From: a virus
Reading direction: 5' to 3' (one strand)
Length of the DNA stretch: 64,000 nt
IMG/VR virus record: IMGVR_UViG_3300045988_087149
Span: 1 to 64,000 of that record
Part shown: piece after piece, positions 25,849 to 34,948 of the stretch
Layout: each line of letters begins with the position of its first letter
How positions within the stretch are numbered: the stretch's first letter is position 1
Notes under the pieces: generated by a model
Seen by the model: only the letters and a program-made list of their open reading frames with translations
The model's database searches: none
What the model was told of the DNA's origin: nothing
Translations under genes and position numbers: made by a program

Positions 25849-25860
25849 AAAGGATAATAT

Positions 25861-26049
25861 ATGATAACCCTATATCGCCCAGCAGGATATGATAATCCAA
25901 GAGCGCCAGAATTTACAGGGCGCTCAATAGATACCAAACCGACTAATGTAGAAAACGGCGCAAGCTACATTGAGCTAGATACTGGACGTGTGTATCGTTA
26001 TGACAAAGAAAACAATAGGTGGATTGAAGGAAAGGAACAGCGCCAATGA
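25861..26049 (+). CDS. stand-alone copy of the N-terminal domain of the downstream fibre protein
   Basis: 62 aa, MITLYRPAGYD..R....G....D.KPT...NG..Y.ELDTG..YRY......WIE. It aligns with residues 1-60 of 26046-27938 and has an ATGA overlap with it. Confidence 0.5.
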   Translation: MITLYRPAGYDNPRAPEFTGRSIDTKPTNVENGASYIELDTGRVYRYDKENNRWIEGKEQRQ

Positions 26050-27938
26050 TTACATTAACTAGACCAGCATATTATGACAAACACAGATATGCCCAATATT
26101 GTGGATTAGAGAAAGATGACAAATCAACAATATCAGCAAACAATGGCGACGAATATTATGAAATAGATACAGCTAAATTTTATAGATATAATGAAGCAAG
26201 CCATGAATGGATAGAGCAACCAAGCGATGCCGCACCTATTGATACTGGCTTACCGCCTATGACCAGTGAGACAGTAGGGCATTTTCTTAGCAATGATGGC
26301 TCTGTGACAAAATGGCAACCAATAGCATCTAAGAATTTTGTAATACAGCTGACTAAGCAAAATGATGATGGAACATATGTAGCAGATAAGACGTTTGTAC
26401 AAATTAAGACTGCATATGACGAGGCACAAAATATTGTCATTCGCTATGATAGCGCTCAGATGTCACTAATGAGTGCACAATTTGCAACGAATGGAGATGC
26501 TGTATTTCTATTTGGTCATGTTGAGGTACAAACTGGTGGTCAGCGAATTGTTAGTAGGGCGATTCAATATACACATAGTGGAGCAAGTGATACTTGGACG
26601 GATTACGACAAAGAAGCCGATTTGTCTACATATTTGTCACTAGATGGCGGTGCTATGAATGGTGCATTGACATTAGCTGGTGAACCAACCAATGAAAATC
26701 ATGCGGCGAACAAGAAATATGTAGATAGTCGTAATCTTGAGGTGAGATTTAGACAAGACGCTACTGTTGGAATTACAACATCTACTGAAATTCGTGAAAT
26801 CACACAGGCGGTCATTGCAAACCGTACTGTAACTGCCACTCTTGATGGTGATACATATATGCTCATGTCGGCATCTGCCGCAGATGCATCATTTGTTAAT
26901 GTGAATGGGAATAAAGTATCTATATTGAGATATGATATTGATAGTCGTACTTGGGCTAAAGAGCAAACCACGTTATTAGAGTTAAAAGGCGGTACAATGA
27001 CTGGTAATATCAATATGGGTAGCAACGTCATTACTCATGTTCAAAAAATTTATGTAGACGGTCAAGCCAATCTATATCTCGGCTCAGTTGTTGAAAAAGC
27101 TGGGACAAGCGGCGTTCGTTTAACTGGCACTACATCTAATGAAGCCGCATTTGTAAAACCAACAAGCCAAAATGAATATGTTCCTGTTTTAGTTGGGAAT
27201 CCTACTGCTCCATATCATGCTGTCAATCTTAGGCATCTAACCGAGCCTATTCTAGCAGACGCTCCAGCTTCAGATGGTTGTATATCCAACAAGAAATATG
27301 TTGATGACCAAGTAGCTACAAGAGTACCCCTGCAAACAGCTAATCAAGGACAAATCAAGGCGTATGTGCAAAATGGTGATAAACCTGATGTGTGCTTGGT
27401 ATCAGATGGCGGTATGGCCCTATGTATGGCTCGATATACAGCAAAAGGACACCTCATTGACCAAACTGCGCCTACAGAGAATAATCACTTGACTAATAAG
27501 CAGTATGTAGACACAAAGGTGGCTCAGACAGGTGGCAACATATCTGGTGACTTGATGGTTGGCGGCTCATTAACAATCAATGGAACTGGCTCAGTATTGG
27601 GCACTCCCACACAGAATGTCGACATTGTAAATAAGGGTTATTTGGATTCATCTATAAGTGATGTTATCAGAAAGTTAAGCGTTACAGTTGGCTCAAACTC
27701 TAGTGTAAATGTGCCGCTATCAAATGGCGCATATTTACTTACTGTATCAGATGATATGCATGGTGGTCTAGTATTTGTATCAGTTTATCCTTCAGGCGAA
27801 ACAATAAATGGTCTAGTTAATTTGAATAATTGGAAATGTGAAAGAATTAGTAGTGGTAGTGGTGTGACATTAACAAATAGCGCCACATCCGATATGACAG
27901 TATATATTACCTCTATTGGAGAAGGAACATATAGATGA
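26046..27938 (+). CDS. tail-fibre-like protein located after the lysis cassette
   Basis: 630 aa with repeated fibre motifs (LSLDGGAMNGALTLAG..ENHAANKKYVDS, LELKGGTMTGNINMG, ISNKKYVDDQV, HLTNKQYVDTKV, IVNKGYLDSSI). Confidence 0.6.
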   Translation: MITLTRPAYYDKHRYAQYCGLEKDDKSTISANNGDEYYEIDTAKFYRYNEASHEWIEQPSDAAPIDTGLPPMTSETVGHFLSNDGSVTKWQPIASKNFVIQLTKQNDDGTYVADKTFVQIKTAYDEAQNIVIRYDSAQMSLMSAQFATNGDAVFLFGHVEVQTGGQRIVSRAIQYTHSGASDTWTDYDKEADLSTYLSLDGGAMNGALTLAGEPTNENHAANKKYVDSRNLEVRFRQDATVGITTSTEIREITQAVIANRTVTATLDGDTYMLMSASAADASFVNVNGNKVSILRYDIDSRTWAKEQTTLLELKGGTMTGNINMGSNVITHVQKIYVDGQANLYLGSVVEKAGTSGVRLTGTTSNEAAFVKPTSQNEYVPVLVGNPTAPYHAVNLRHLTEPILADAPASDGCISNKKYVDDQVATRVPLQTANQGQIKAYVQNGDKPDVCLVSDGGMALCMARYTAKGHLIDQTAPTENNHLTNKQYVDTKVAQTGGNISGDLMVGGSLTINGTGSVLGTPTQNVDIVNKGYLDSSISDVIRKLSVTVGSNSSVNVPLSNGAYLLTVSDDMHGGLVFVSVYPSGETINGLVNLNNWKCERISSGSGVTLTNSATSDMTVYITSIGEGTYR

Positions 27939-28029
27939 AAGGAATTAGTTTATAACAACGATTCAGTTGATAATAGAAAGATTTAAGTAGTATAAATGAT
28001 ACAGTGACATGGATTGTTAAAATATTTAC

Positions 28030-28058
28030 TTGACAAAGGATTAAAACCGTGATATAAT
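28030..28058 (+). promoter_or_regulatory. consensus sigma-70-type promoter for the HNH-AP2 gene
   Basis: TTGACA (28030-28035), 17-nt spacer, TGa-TATAAT (28053-28058). Confidence 0.75.
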
Positions 28059-28166
28059 ATTAAAAGAGGTTAAAGGTGGTTGCAAACATCTTTATTTGGG
28101 GGATAGTAACCTATTCTTGCTATCTCCACTCTATATTATTAAAAATCTTAGAATAGGAGAGATTTT
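28059..28166 (+). promoter_or_regulatory. structured 5' leader conserved with the leader of the HNH gene at 52174-52266 (- strand)
   Basis: Hairpin GGGGATAG (28099-28106) / CTATCTCC (28120-27). Its loop CCTATTCT (28110-28117) is complementary to AGAATAGG (28150-28157), which overlaps the SD AGGAGA. Both pairings recur with compensatory changes in the second copy. Confidence 0.55.
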
Positions 28167-28874
28167 ATGGGTAATTTTATTGATTTAACTGGGAAAACGT
28201 TTGGACGGCTGACTGTAATTAAAAGAGTTGAAAATAGAGGTAAAAGATTATACTGGCTATGCGAATGTTCTTGCGGGAATGAAAAAATTGTATGTGGCAC
28301 AGATTTGCGCGGCGGAGTAACAAAATCATGTGGTTGTCTACAAACAGAAGCAAGATACCTTAAAAGAAAAGGCAATAGATATAATCTTGATGGTGAATAT
28401 GGCGTTGGTTATGATTGCAATGACAAAGAGTTTTATTTTGACTTAGAAGACTATGATAAAATAAAAGGATATACATGGCACATTAACAATTATGGCTATC
28501 CTAGAGCATTAGTAAATGGCGTATCAGTTGGGTTACATTCGTTTCTTATACCACATGAAGGAAAAACTTGGATAGACCATATAGATGGAAATAGAGCTGA
28601 TTGCAGAAAGAAAAATTTGCGAGTGGCAACATATGCCCAAAACGGAATGAACAAGGCGTATATGAGTACAAACACCTCTGGAATTATTGGGGTTCATTTT
28701 GATAAAAGGGTTAACTTTTGGTATGCTCAAATATCAATCAACAATAAGACGGTATATGTGGGGTGTTCAAAAAATAAAGACGAAGCGATTCGATATAGAC
28801 TCTTAGCCGAAAAGCAATATTATAAAGATTTTGCGCCTCAACGGCATTTATTTGAAAAATACAATATTATCTAA
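28167..28874 (+). CDS. free-standing HNH homing endonuclease with AP2 DNA-binding domain
   Basis: WIDHIDGNRADCRKKNLRVATYAQNGMN (HNH) and SGIIGVHFDKRVNFWYAQISINNKTVYVGCSKNKDEAIRYR (AP2-like). It has its own promoter and terminator. Confidence 0.8.
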   Translation: MGNFIDLTGKTFGRLTVIKRVENRGKRLYWLCECSCGNEKIVCGTDLRGGVTKSCGCLQTEARYLKRKGNRYNLDGEYGVGYDCNDKEFYFDLEDYDKIKGYTWHINNYGYPRALVNGVSVGLHSFLIPHEGKTWIDHIDGNRADCRKKNLRVATYAQNGMNKAYMSTNTSGIIGVHFDKRVNFWYAQISINNKTVYVGCSKNKDEAIRYRLLAEKQYYKDFAPQRHLFEKYNII

Positions 28875-28876
28875 TT

Positions 28877-28912
28877 TTATTCACCGGTAAATACCGGTGA
28901 ATAAAATTTTTT
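28877..28912 (+). terminator. rho-independent terminator after the HNH-AP2 gene
   Basis: TTATTCACCGGT / ACCGGTGAATAA perfect stem followed by a T run. Confidence 0.7.
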
Positions 28913-28931
28913 ACTACATGGAGGGATTTTT

Positions 28932-29465
28932 ATGAACAATTTTTGTGGCGGCATAAGACTAGATTCAACCACACTCAAGATTATTAACGGGGTGATTTGT
29001 GATGCAAATGCAACAACTGTTGATAGAAGTAAGGCAGTATCTACTTGCGGTCAGCTCTGGGATGGCGCATTATTTACCGTGGTTAAAGTTGGCGGCGCTG
29101 GTTATATCACTTTACATGGTTCGGAAGGCGAAGAAATTGGTGCGCCTGTTATGGGTCGTGGTAATTGTGGTGTTGGTCTTGATGGGCGCTTTTTCAAGGT
29201 AGTAAAGGGCGCTGTTACTCTACAAGAGGGATTCTTACTTACTGTTGATGTAACGCCAAAGGAAGCTATCATCACTGTGACTGATGTTGATGGCGAGACG
29301 ATTGACCCAGTGAGTGGCAATGCAAAGCAGTTCCTACTAAGCGGCATTGGCGATACATATACTGTCACAGCTACTAAGACAGGATATACTACTGAGGCTA
29401 AACAGGTCAAGAATACAGGCGACCAGACGTTTACTATTGTAATGCAAGCATCTGCTGGCGGCTAA
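28932..29465 (+). CDS. hypothetical protein with a C-terminal PEGA/CarboxypepD_reg-like beta domain
   Basis: 177 aa with GGAGGGA SD. The C-terminus ...LTVDVTPKEAIITVTDVDGETI...YTVTATKTGYTTEAKQV resembles PEGA-type domains. Confidence 0.45.
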   Translation: MNNFCGGIRLDSTTLKIINGVICDANATTVDRSKAVSTCGQLWDGALFTVVKVGGAGYITLHGSEGEEIGAPVMGRGNCGVGLDGRFFKVVKGAVTLQEGFLLTVDVTPKEAIITVTDVDGETIDPVSGNAKQFLLSGIGDTYTVTATKTGYTTEAKQVKNTGDQTFTIVMQASAGG

Positions 29466-29476
29466 TATAAATTTAT

Positions 29477-29526
29477 GGGGAACATGGGATAGATTATTAT
29501 ATCTACCATGTTCCCCATTTTTTTTA
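29477..29526. terminator. bidirectional terminator between the convergent late (+) and early (-) arms
   Basis: GGGGAACATGG (29477-29487) / CCATGTTCCCC (29506-29516) stem, then a T8 run on the + strand; A/T-rich on the other side. Confidence 0.75.
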
Positions 29527-29913
29527 CTATGTTAATTTATCTTCACAAGCAATAGCATCCATTAAGCCGCATCTGTATCCATTATCCCAACCGTCTGTAT
29601 ATCCTTTGTTATAACCGTTTGCGTATCCTTTGTTATAGTCGTCTTTAGCGGCTGTGTATCCATCCTCATAACCAGCGTCATATCGTTCTTGAGCGGCTTC
29701 TTCCTTACCATCTTCAAGACCATTCAAATATGCTTCGTCGCAACTGACAATATTAACATCTAACCCATCGTATTTAGCAATTTCGGCATTATGCCTATTG
29801 CATAAATCCTCTAATGTGGCGACCATAATAGAATCGAGCCGTTTACATAGATATAATGTTTCTGCGCCATCTAGCAATTCATAATAATCCCCAATGCGTC
29901 TAAATTTCCACAT
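29527..29913 (-). CDS. hypothetical protein with a (D/N)xGY repeat tail
   Basis: 128 aa; C-terminal YDAGYEDGYTAAKDDYNKGYANGYNKGYTDGWDNGY. Confidence 0.45.
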   Translation of the reverse strand: MWKFRRIGDYYELLDGAETLYLCKRLDSIMVATLEDLCNRHNAEIAKYDGLDVNIVSCDEAYLNGLEDGKEEAAQERYDAGYEDGYTAAKDDYNKGYANGYNKGYTDGWDNGYRCGLMDAIACEDKLT

Positions 29914-30136
29914 CTAGTCCTCCTCCTTCCTCAAAATCTTGAATTGCGTTATCATATCCTGCGCTGTATCCATTGTCATATGCTTCAAGCACTGTGGTCA
30001 ATAGCTCAAAGAATAGCTCTACAGTATCATCATTTGTTTCCATTTGACAGATGGCATATGATTTATGTGGATAAGCAGGGTCAACTAGGTGGATACAGGC
30101 TTCATCGCCGTCAATGTGTAGAGTAGGGATAATCAT
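29900..30136 (-). CDS. hypothetical protein (shares the NGYSAGYDN motif with its neighbour)
   Basis: 78 aa; overlaps both neighbours. Confidence 0.4.
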   Translation of the reverse strand: MIIPTLHIDGDEACIHLVDPAYPHKSYAICQMETNDDTVELFFELLTTVLEAYDNGYSAGYDNAIQDFEEGGGLDVEI

Positions 30137-30627
30137 ACGCCAGTAGAGCCAAATCCTGCTAGGCCGCGCTCTGTTTTATCTAGCTCATCAACTAGCTCAA
30201 ATTCAGCATGATAATAATGACGTAGAGCCATTTGAGCAACACGATCTCCATTGCTGATGCGAATAGGTTTATCGCTTGTATTAAGTATGATTACCACAAT
30301 CTCTCCAGTGTAGTCCTCATCTACAATACCACCAACACAAATTAAGCCTTTACTAGCTAAACCTGAGCGCTGTAGCAGTTGTAGCATATACCCCTGTTCG
30401 GGCTGGAATGCCCATCCCGTAGGAATCTTTACGGTTTCATGTGGACTGACATATACCTGCTCAAAATGGTCTGTATTGACTTCCATATGCTTAAAATCCG
30501 CATCCGGATTTAACTCAATACATTTATCTACACGCAAATCACAATAAATATCCGCACAAGCCGCCTTTTCACTACCATAAGTGGGTAGCTTGGCTGTATC
30601 TGATAGTCGCTTTGCTTTAATCTTCAA
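30133..30627 (-). CDS. dut: dUTP diphosphatase (trimeric dUTPase family)
   Basis: GGIVDEDYTGEIVVIILN, NGDRVAQM, ERGLAGFGSTG motifs. Confidence 0.85.
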   Translation of the reverse strand: MKIKAKRLSDTAKLPTYGSEKAACADIYCDLRVDKCIELNPDADFKHMEVNTDHFEQVYVSPHETVKIPTGWAFQPEQGYMLQLLQRSGLASKGLICVGGIVDEDYTGEIVVIILNTSDKPIRISNGDRVAQMALRHYYHAEFELVDELDKTERGLAGFGSTGV

Positions 30628-30947
30628 TCAATTAAGTCCTCCTCATACATAGTATCAATACCATATTCAAGAGCGCAATCATGTTCAATCTGACATCCTC
30701 TAGCTGTCTGCCAACCATTACAAAAGAATACAATATCAGCTTCGCTCATTAGCTTAATTGATTCACCTAGATACCATAGGGGTTTAGTGCCATGCGGCGC
30801 GTCTTTAAAGAATGAATAAATAATGTCAATATATTCGTTTTCTCTGGCAAACTGTGTTGCTAGTTTATCAATGATATCATTGCGCTTATCTTCAATTTCT
30901 TCATTTGTCTTGCCGTTCATTGGCTGAGAGATAAAAATTTTACTCAT
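30624..30947 (-). CDS. DUF4406 / nucleoside 2-deoxyribosyltransferase-like protein
   Basis: IFISQPMNGKT..EEI ... ADIVFFCNGWQTARGCQIEHDCALEYGI pattern. The start was moved to the ATG at 30947 (ATGAGTAA overlap with the upstream stop). Confidence 0.4.
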   Translation of the reverse strand: MSKIFISQPMNGKTNEEIEDKRNDIIDKLATQFARENEYIDIIYSFFKDAPHGTKPLWYLGESIKLMSEADIVFFCNGWQTARGCQIEHDCALEYGIDTMYEEDLID

Positions 30948-31557
30948 TTGGTTCATATCCTCTCTGTGTTAATTCTAGGAATCGCGGAAGGGTTTCAATC
31001 CAATCGCAGAATATTTGCCAGTCAGGTAGTGGATGAGGACGGCGCTGTTGCAAGATTGTCTTAAGTTGTAGATAGCTAGTGGTCATAGCGGCTGTTAGCT
31101 CGAAACCACTAGGAATGTTATATAGCATCTCAAGCCGCGCTTCTTTTAGCGTATCATCTGTGACGGCAATACCCTCTTTTCGCACTTTAACTAGGCGGTT
31201 ATATTCGTCAATTTTTTCTTGTAGAACATCAATTACTCTTGGGTCGACATAGCGATTGCAACAATCCTTGGGCTTCATGGCCTGTAACTTATGCATTGTA
31301 GAGCAAGAAGATACGAAGTCAAGCCAATGGTAACGTTGAGCTTCAGGCCATGCCTTCTCACTAAGTGTCAAATCAAACTGAACAATAATGCCCTTGAGAA
31401 AACTATCATGACCTGTACCAGTAGGGCAAGTAGAGCAAGCCTTAATACCATTAGTAAGCTCGGCGGTCAAGCCGTCAAGCTCAACCGCCTTTGGATACTT
31501 AGCCGCTCTAATCGCCTCATCTAGTCCATATACACGAACATTAGATACATTAGGCAA
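30940..31557 (-). CDS. divergent ThyX-like (flavin-dependent thymidylate synthase-like) protein
   Basis: GHDSFLKGIIVQFDLT resembles the ThyX GH-S-lEH..-tF-i block, but the RHR..S signature is replaced by QRYHW...SSCS. Weak call. Confidence 0.35.
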   Translation of the reverse strand: MPNVSNVRVYGLDEAIRAAKYPKAVELDGLTAELTNGIKACSTCPTGTGHDSFLKGIIVQFDLTLSEKAWPEAQRYHWLDFVSSCSTMHKLQAMKPKDCCNRYVDPRVIDVLQEKIDEYNRLVKVRKEGIAVTDDTLKEARLEMLYNIPSGFELTAAMTTSYLQLKTILQQRRPHPLPDWQIFCDWIETLPRFLELTQRGYEPNE

Positions 31558-31821
31558 TTAGTAGTCCTCCTCATCATCATCATATTGAGCTAGAACATCT
31601 TCTGTAATATCATGACATTCAATATCTACTAGGTATAGCTTGTCGCCATCATAGCAATCAGGGGAATATGTCACCATATCAACCTCTACACAGGTGTTAT
31701 CATCGACCCATACGCGCTCACCAATACGTGGGATAATCATACGCGCGGCATGGGTATATGACCATACACGCCCTTCACAGTCCTCATTGCCATCAATAAA
31801 ATATCTTAGTAGAAATTCCAT
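31558..31821 (-). CDS. hypothetical protein
   Basis: Track ORF 31558-31881; the internal ATG at 31821 (MEFLLRYF...) follows the upstream stop and a GGAGGA SD. Confidence 0.4.
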   Translation of the reverse strand: MEFLLRYFIDGNEDCEGRVWSYTHAARMIIPRIGERVWVDDNTCVEVDMVTYSPDCYDGDKLYLVDIECHDITEDVLAQYDDDEEDY

Positions 31822-31825
31822 TCGT

Positions 31826-32050
31826 TCAATCCTCCCAATTATATGGCTTGCAGAAATAGCTAATTTCATTTGGCGCAACATATTTCTGTAGCACTACATA
31901 CATTTCTTGCTCATCTTCTTCAGCATTGATCGGCAGATATACCAAATCACCATTATTTGGTTCGCCCATTAAATCCAGTTCATCACATGAGCAAATCCAG
32001 TCCTCATTGCCTAGTCTGCCTAGATAGAAATTGATACGATTTTCTGTCAT
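31826..32050 (-). CDS. hypothetical protein
   Basis: 74-aa ORF in the operon. Confidence 0.4.
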   Translation of the reverse strand: MTENRINFYLGRLGNEDWICSCDELDLMGEPNNGDLVYLPINAEEDEQEMYVVLQKYVAPNEISYFCKPYNWED

Positions 32051-32051
32051 T

Positions 32052-32477
32052 TTAGTTTACTCCTTCTCTAGTTTGTTCTACTTCATTCATTAACTGTTTA
32101 ATCATATCATCGAGATCGGACTTATTTGCACCTAGCTCAAGAGATAGCAAGATTTCATCTTTTTTCTGTTGCTTTAATTTATTTCTTTCTCGTATGTCTG
32201 CATCAGCTTGACGATATAACGCCGTATCGTAACTTGAAAATTCTGCATGGTGAATACCGTGCTTTGTATGAAAATTAAAATCATCTGGAATATTATATTT
32301 AGTTTTGATTTCTGATAGAATAGAATCTGCATATTCCTCAACCATCTTATTAAATTCTGTCAAGGCATCATTCGCTTTGCTACGTTGTTCGTTTAGTAAT
32401 TTTTCGCTTTCTGGCTTAGGATAACAAGCGTCAACTGTTTTTTCTACGTATTCACAAATTAGCTTAGTTACTTTCAT
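32052..32477 (-). CDS. hypothetical protein
   Basis: 141-aa ORF; its start abuts the nrdD stop. Confidence 0.45.
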   Translation of the reverse strand: MKVTKLICEYVEKTVDACYPKPESEKLLNEQRSKANDALTEFNKMVEEYADSILSEIKTKYNIPDDFNFHTKHGIHHAEFSSYDTALYRQADADIRERNKLKQQKKDEILLSLELGANKSDLDDMIKQLMNEVEQTREGVN

Positions 32478-34703
32478 TTAGTCCTCCTTGTTAAATCTTT
32501 CATGCTTTACACGCATTTCGACTTCTTGCTGTTTGCCCTTATTAAATGCTGTCTTATAGTCATTAGTAAGATATCCAGTGACACGACGCAGACGCTTAAT
32601 ATCCCTACTGTTGCACATTGGGCAAACGTCACCCATCTGGTCACAATAGCCGCAATTCATGCACTGGTCATTTGGCACATTGATAGCAAAGTAAGGAATA
32701 TCCTTATCCATGGCATAATTGACAATGCCCTCTAGTGCATCAATGTTATATTTTGCCGCAGCATCTAGCTCAACATATGTGATACAACCGGCGTTGCTAT
32801 ATCCTGTCAGTTGAGATTCAATATCAATCTTCTCAAATGGATTAACATTAATCCAAACAGGAACGTGCATCGAATTGGTAAAAAACTCCTTGTCAGAGAC
32901 ATTAGGAATCACGCCATACTTTGCCTTAAATTTCTGCATTGATGTATAGCATAGATTCTCAGCAGGAGTCATATATACACCAAAATTGAGGTGGTACTGC
33001 TCCTTGAACTCGGCACATCTTGCCTTGAATAGTTGCTCAATGCGCTTGGCTAATTCCATGCCCTCTGGTTTAGTATGGTCACAACCAATTAGAATCTGTA
33101 GCGTCTCAGCAAGTCCAATCTGTCCAATAACAATCGTACCATGCTTTAGAGCCGAACGGATGCCTTCTTCTGGTACATATCCATACATGACATTATTCTC
33201 ATACATGAATTTAGCCGCTTCTGGGGATTGACTACAAATCCATTCAAATCGCTCTAGTAGCATATCCTTGGCTTCATGGATTTTCTGGTCAAGTAGCTTC
33301 ATGAAATGATTGATAAATTCTTCTTTGGAGTGGTACTCGCCATCGCACAAATCTTCTTGTGCTTCCATAGCCAAAGTGGGCATAATGATAGTTACAGGAC
33401 AAATATTGCCACGACCGTCTTTCATCTGTCCAAATCCGTTAATATCCATACCATTAGCAGTGCGACAACCCATTGTGCTAAAATATGTGCGCGGGTCATT
33501 GACATCATATCCTGCATTATTTGACCAGTCTACGTTGGCATAATTAGGATATAGACGTAGAGACGTGGATTTAAGAGCAAGTCTGAATAGGTCATAGTTT
33601 GGTTCGCCCGGATGACGATTTACGCCATTCATACACTGGAAGATGCCACACGGGAAGATACTGGTACGATGTAGCTTTCCAATACCATTGATTGATACGT
33701 CAAGCAGTGCCTTGGTAACAAGCCGTCCTTCAGGCAATGTGCAAGTACCGTAGTTGATACTAGTGAAAGGTAGTTGATTCCCTGACCGAGATTGTAGCGT
33801 ATTTAGGTTATGATACATGCCTTCAACAGCTTGATAGCATTCCTTAGTAGTCATATCCATCGCATACTGATATGCTCTTGAATCTCTTGACTTATAAAAT
33901 TCAGACTCGATTGGCTCTTCATTTCCTAATGGAGCATGATAGGTAATTTCTTCACCAACACAATATTTCATGCCATCATACCAGTGTTTAGAAAAGCTCT
34001 TTCTCACATAAGGAACCATTGTCCAATCAAGATGTGTAGCGCTTACCCCACCAAACTGCTGTAGGGACTGAAGCTGAAAAATAACTGCTACAAGCTGGAA
34101 TGCAGTGTTAATGCTCTGAGCAGGACGCACATCTGTCTGGCGTGTATTAAACCCATTTGCAAGCAAATCATCAAATGGAATAGACAGACAGTTGTGATTG
34201 CCTACAGCATAGTTGTCTAGGTCATGAATATAGATTTCATTATTTTCATGGTTTGCTCGTGCCATTGGTGAGATAAGATATTCAAGAGCAAACTGCTTCG
34301 TGACAATTCTAGTGGCTTCACCAATGCGCCCACCAAAGCTATGTTCATCTACATTGGCGTTCTGATTCTCAATGTTTTTACCAGACAGCTTTTCGCCAAC
34401 AGCATCCATAAGAGCGGCATACTGACTTCGAGCCATTTCATGTAGATGCTTATATTCTACATAAGCTGTAGCCACCTCTTTATACTTGCTTGCCATGAGC
34501 TTTTTAATAACAATATTCTGAATATCCTCAACAGACATATCGCTATTCTTTTCAGCAACATCATCTGCAATACGCTGTGCAAATGAGGTCATTTCGTCTG
34601 TTAAATTATTAGAATATACGCTATTAAATGCTCGGATAACAGCATTTGCGATTTTACTGCTATCAAATTCTACCTTTCTACCATCACGCTTAATTACAAA
34701 CAA
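32478..34703 (-). CDS. nrdD: anaerobic ribonucleoside-triphosphate reductase (class III RNR)
   Basis: N-terminal ATP-cone (VIKRDGRKVEFDSSKIANAV), C-terminal Zn site CMNCGY..CPMCNS, and glycyl-radical motif RRVTGY. TTG start after a GGAGGA SD. Confidence 0.9.
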   Translation of the reverse strand: MFVIKRDGRKVEFDSSKIANAVIRAFNSVYSNNLTDEMTSFAQRIADDVAEKNSDMSVEDIQNIVIKKLMASKYKEVATAYVEYKHLHEMARSQYAALMDAVGEKLSGKNIENQNANVDEHSFGGRIGEATRIVTKQFALEYLISPMARANHENNEIYIHDLDNYAVGNHNCLSIPFDDLLANGFNTRQTDVRPAQSINTAFQLVAVIFQLQSLQQFGGVSATHLDWTMVPYVRKSFSKHWYDGMKYCVGEEITYHAPLGNEEPIESEFYKSRDSRAYQYAMDMTTKECYQAVEGMYHNLNTLQSRSGNQLPFTSINYGTCTLPEGRLVTKALLDVSINGIGKLHRTSIFPCGIFQCMNGVNRHPGEPNYDLFRLALKSTSLRLYPNYANVDWSNNAGYDVNDPRTYFSTMGCRTANGMDINGFGQMKDGRGNICPVTIIMPTLAMEAQEDLCDGEYHSKEEFINHFMKLLDQKIHEAKDMLLERFEWICSQSPEAAKFMYENNVMYGYVPEEGIRSALKHGTIVIGQIGLAETLQILIGCDHTKPEGMELAKRIEQLFKARCAEFKEQYHLNFGVYMTPAENLCYTSMQKFKAKYGVIPNVSDKEFFTNSMHVPVWINVNPFEKIDIESQLTGYSNAGCITYVELDAAAKYNIDALEGIVNYAMDKDIPYFAINVPNDQCMNCGYCDQMGDVCPMCNSRDIKRLRRVTGYLTNDYKTAFNKGKQQEVEMRVKHERFNKED

Positions 34704-34718
34704 TAAATCGTCCTCCTT

Positions 34719-34898
34719 TTAATTCTCCTTAACATGGATAACAATATTTGGCTTATTGGTATCCATATCAATTACTGTGCCAATGTGGTCAACATCATAT
34801 AGCTGGTTTCCAATGTGGATGCGCACTCTACTTTCAATGTTACAATGATTCATAAGTGACAGTTCAACCATCGAATCAATAGCATCCATTACAAACAT
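34719..34898 (-). CDS. small hypothetical protein (59 aa, below the track cutoff), first gene of the nrdD transcription unit
   Basis: ATG at 34898 preceded by a GGAGGTAATGTA SD and about 15 nt downstream of the predicted TSS of promoter 34920-34948. Translation: MFVMDAIDSMVELSLMNHCNIESRVRIHIGNQLYDVDHIGTVIDMDTNKPNIVIHVKEN. Confidence 0.35.
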   Translation of the reverse strand: MFVMDAIDSMVELSLMNHCNIESRVRIHIGNQLYDVDHIGTVIDMDTNKPNIVIHVKEN

Positions 34899-34919
34899 TA
34901 CATTACCTCCTTGTCATAT

Positions 34920-34948
34920 ATATTATCACGATTCTGTTGATTTGTCAA
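34920..34948 (-). promoter_or_regulatory. sigma-70-type promoter (nrdD unit), embedded in the 3' end of ORF 34926-35132
   Basis: - strand TTGACA (34948-34943), 17 nt, TGa-TAATAT (34925-34920). Confidence 0.6.
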
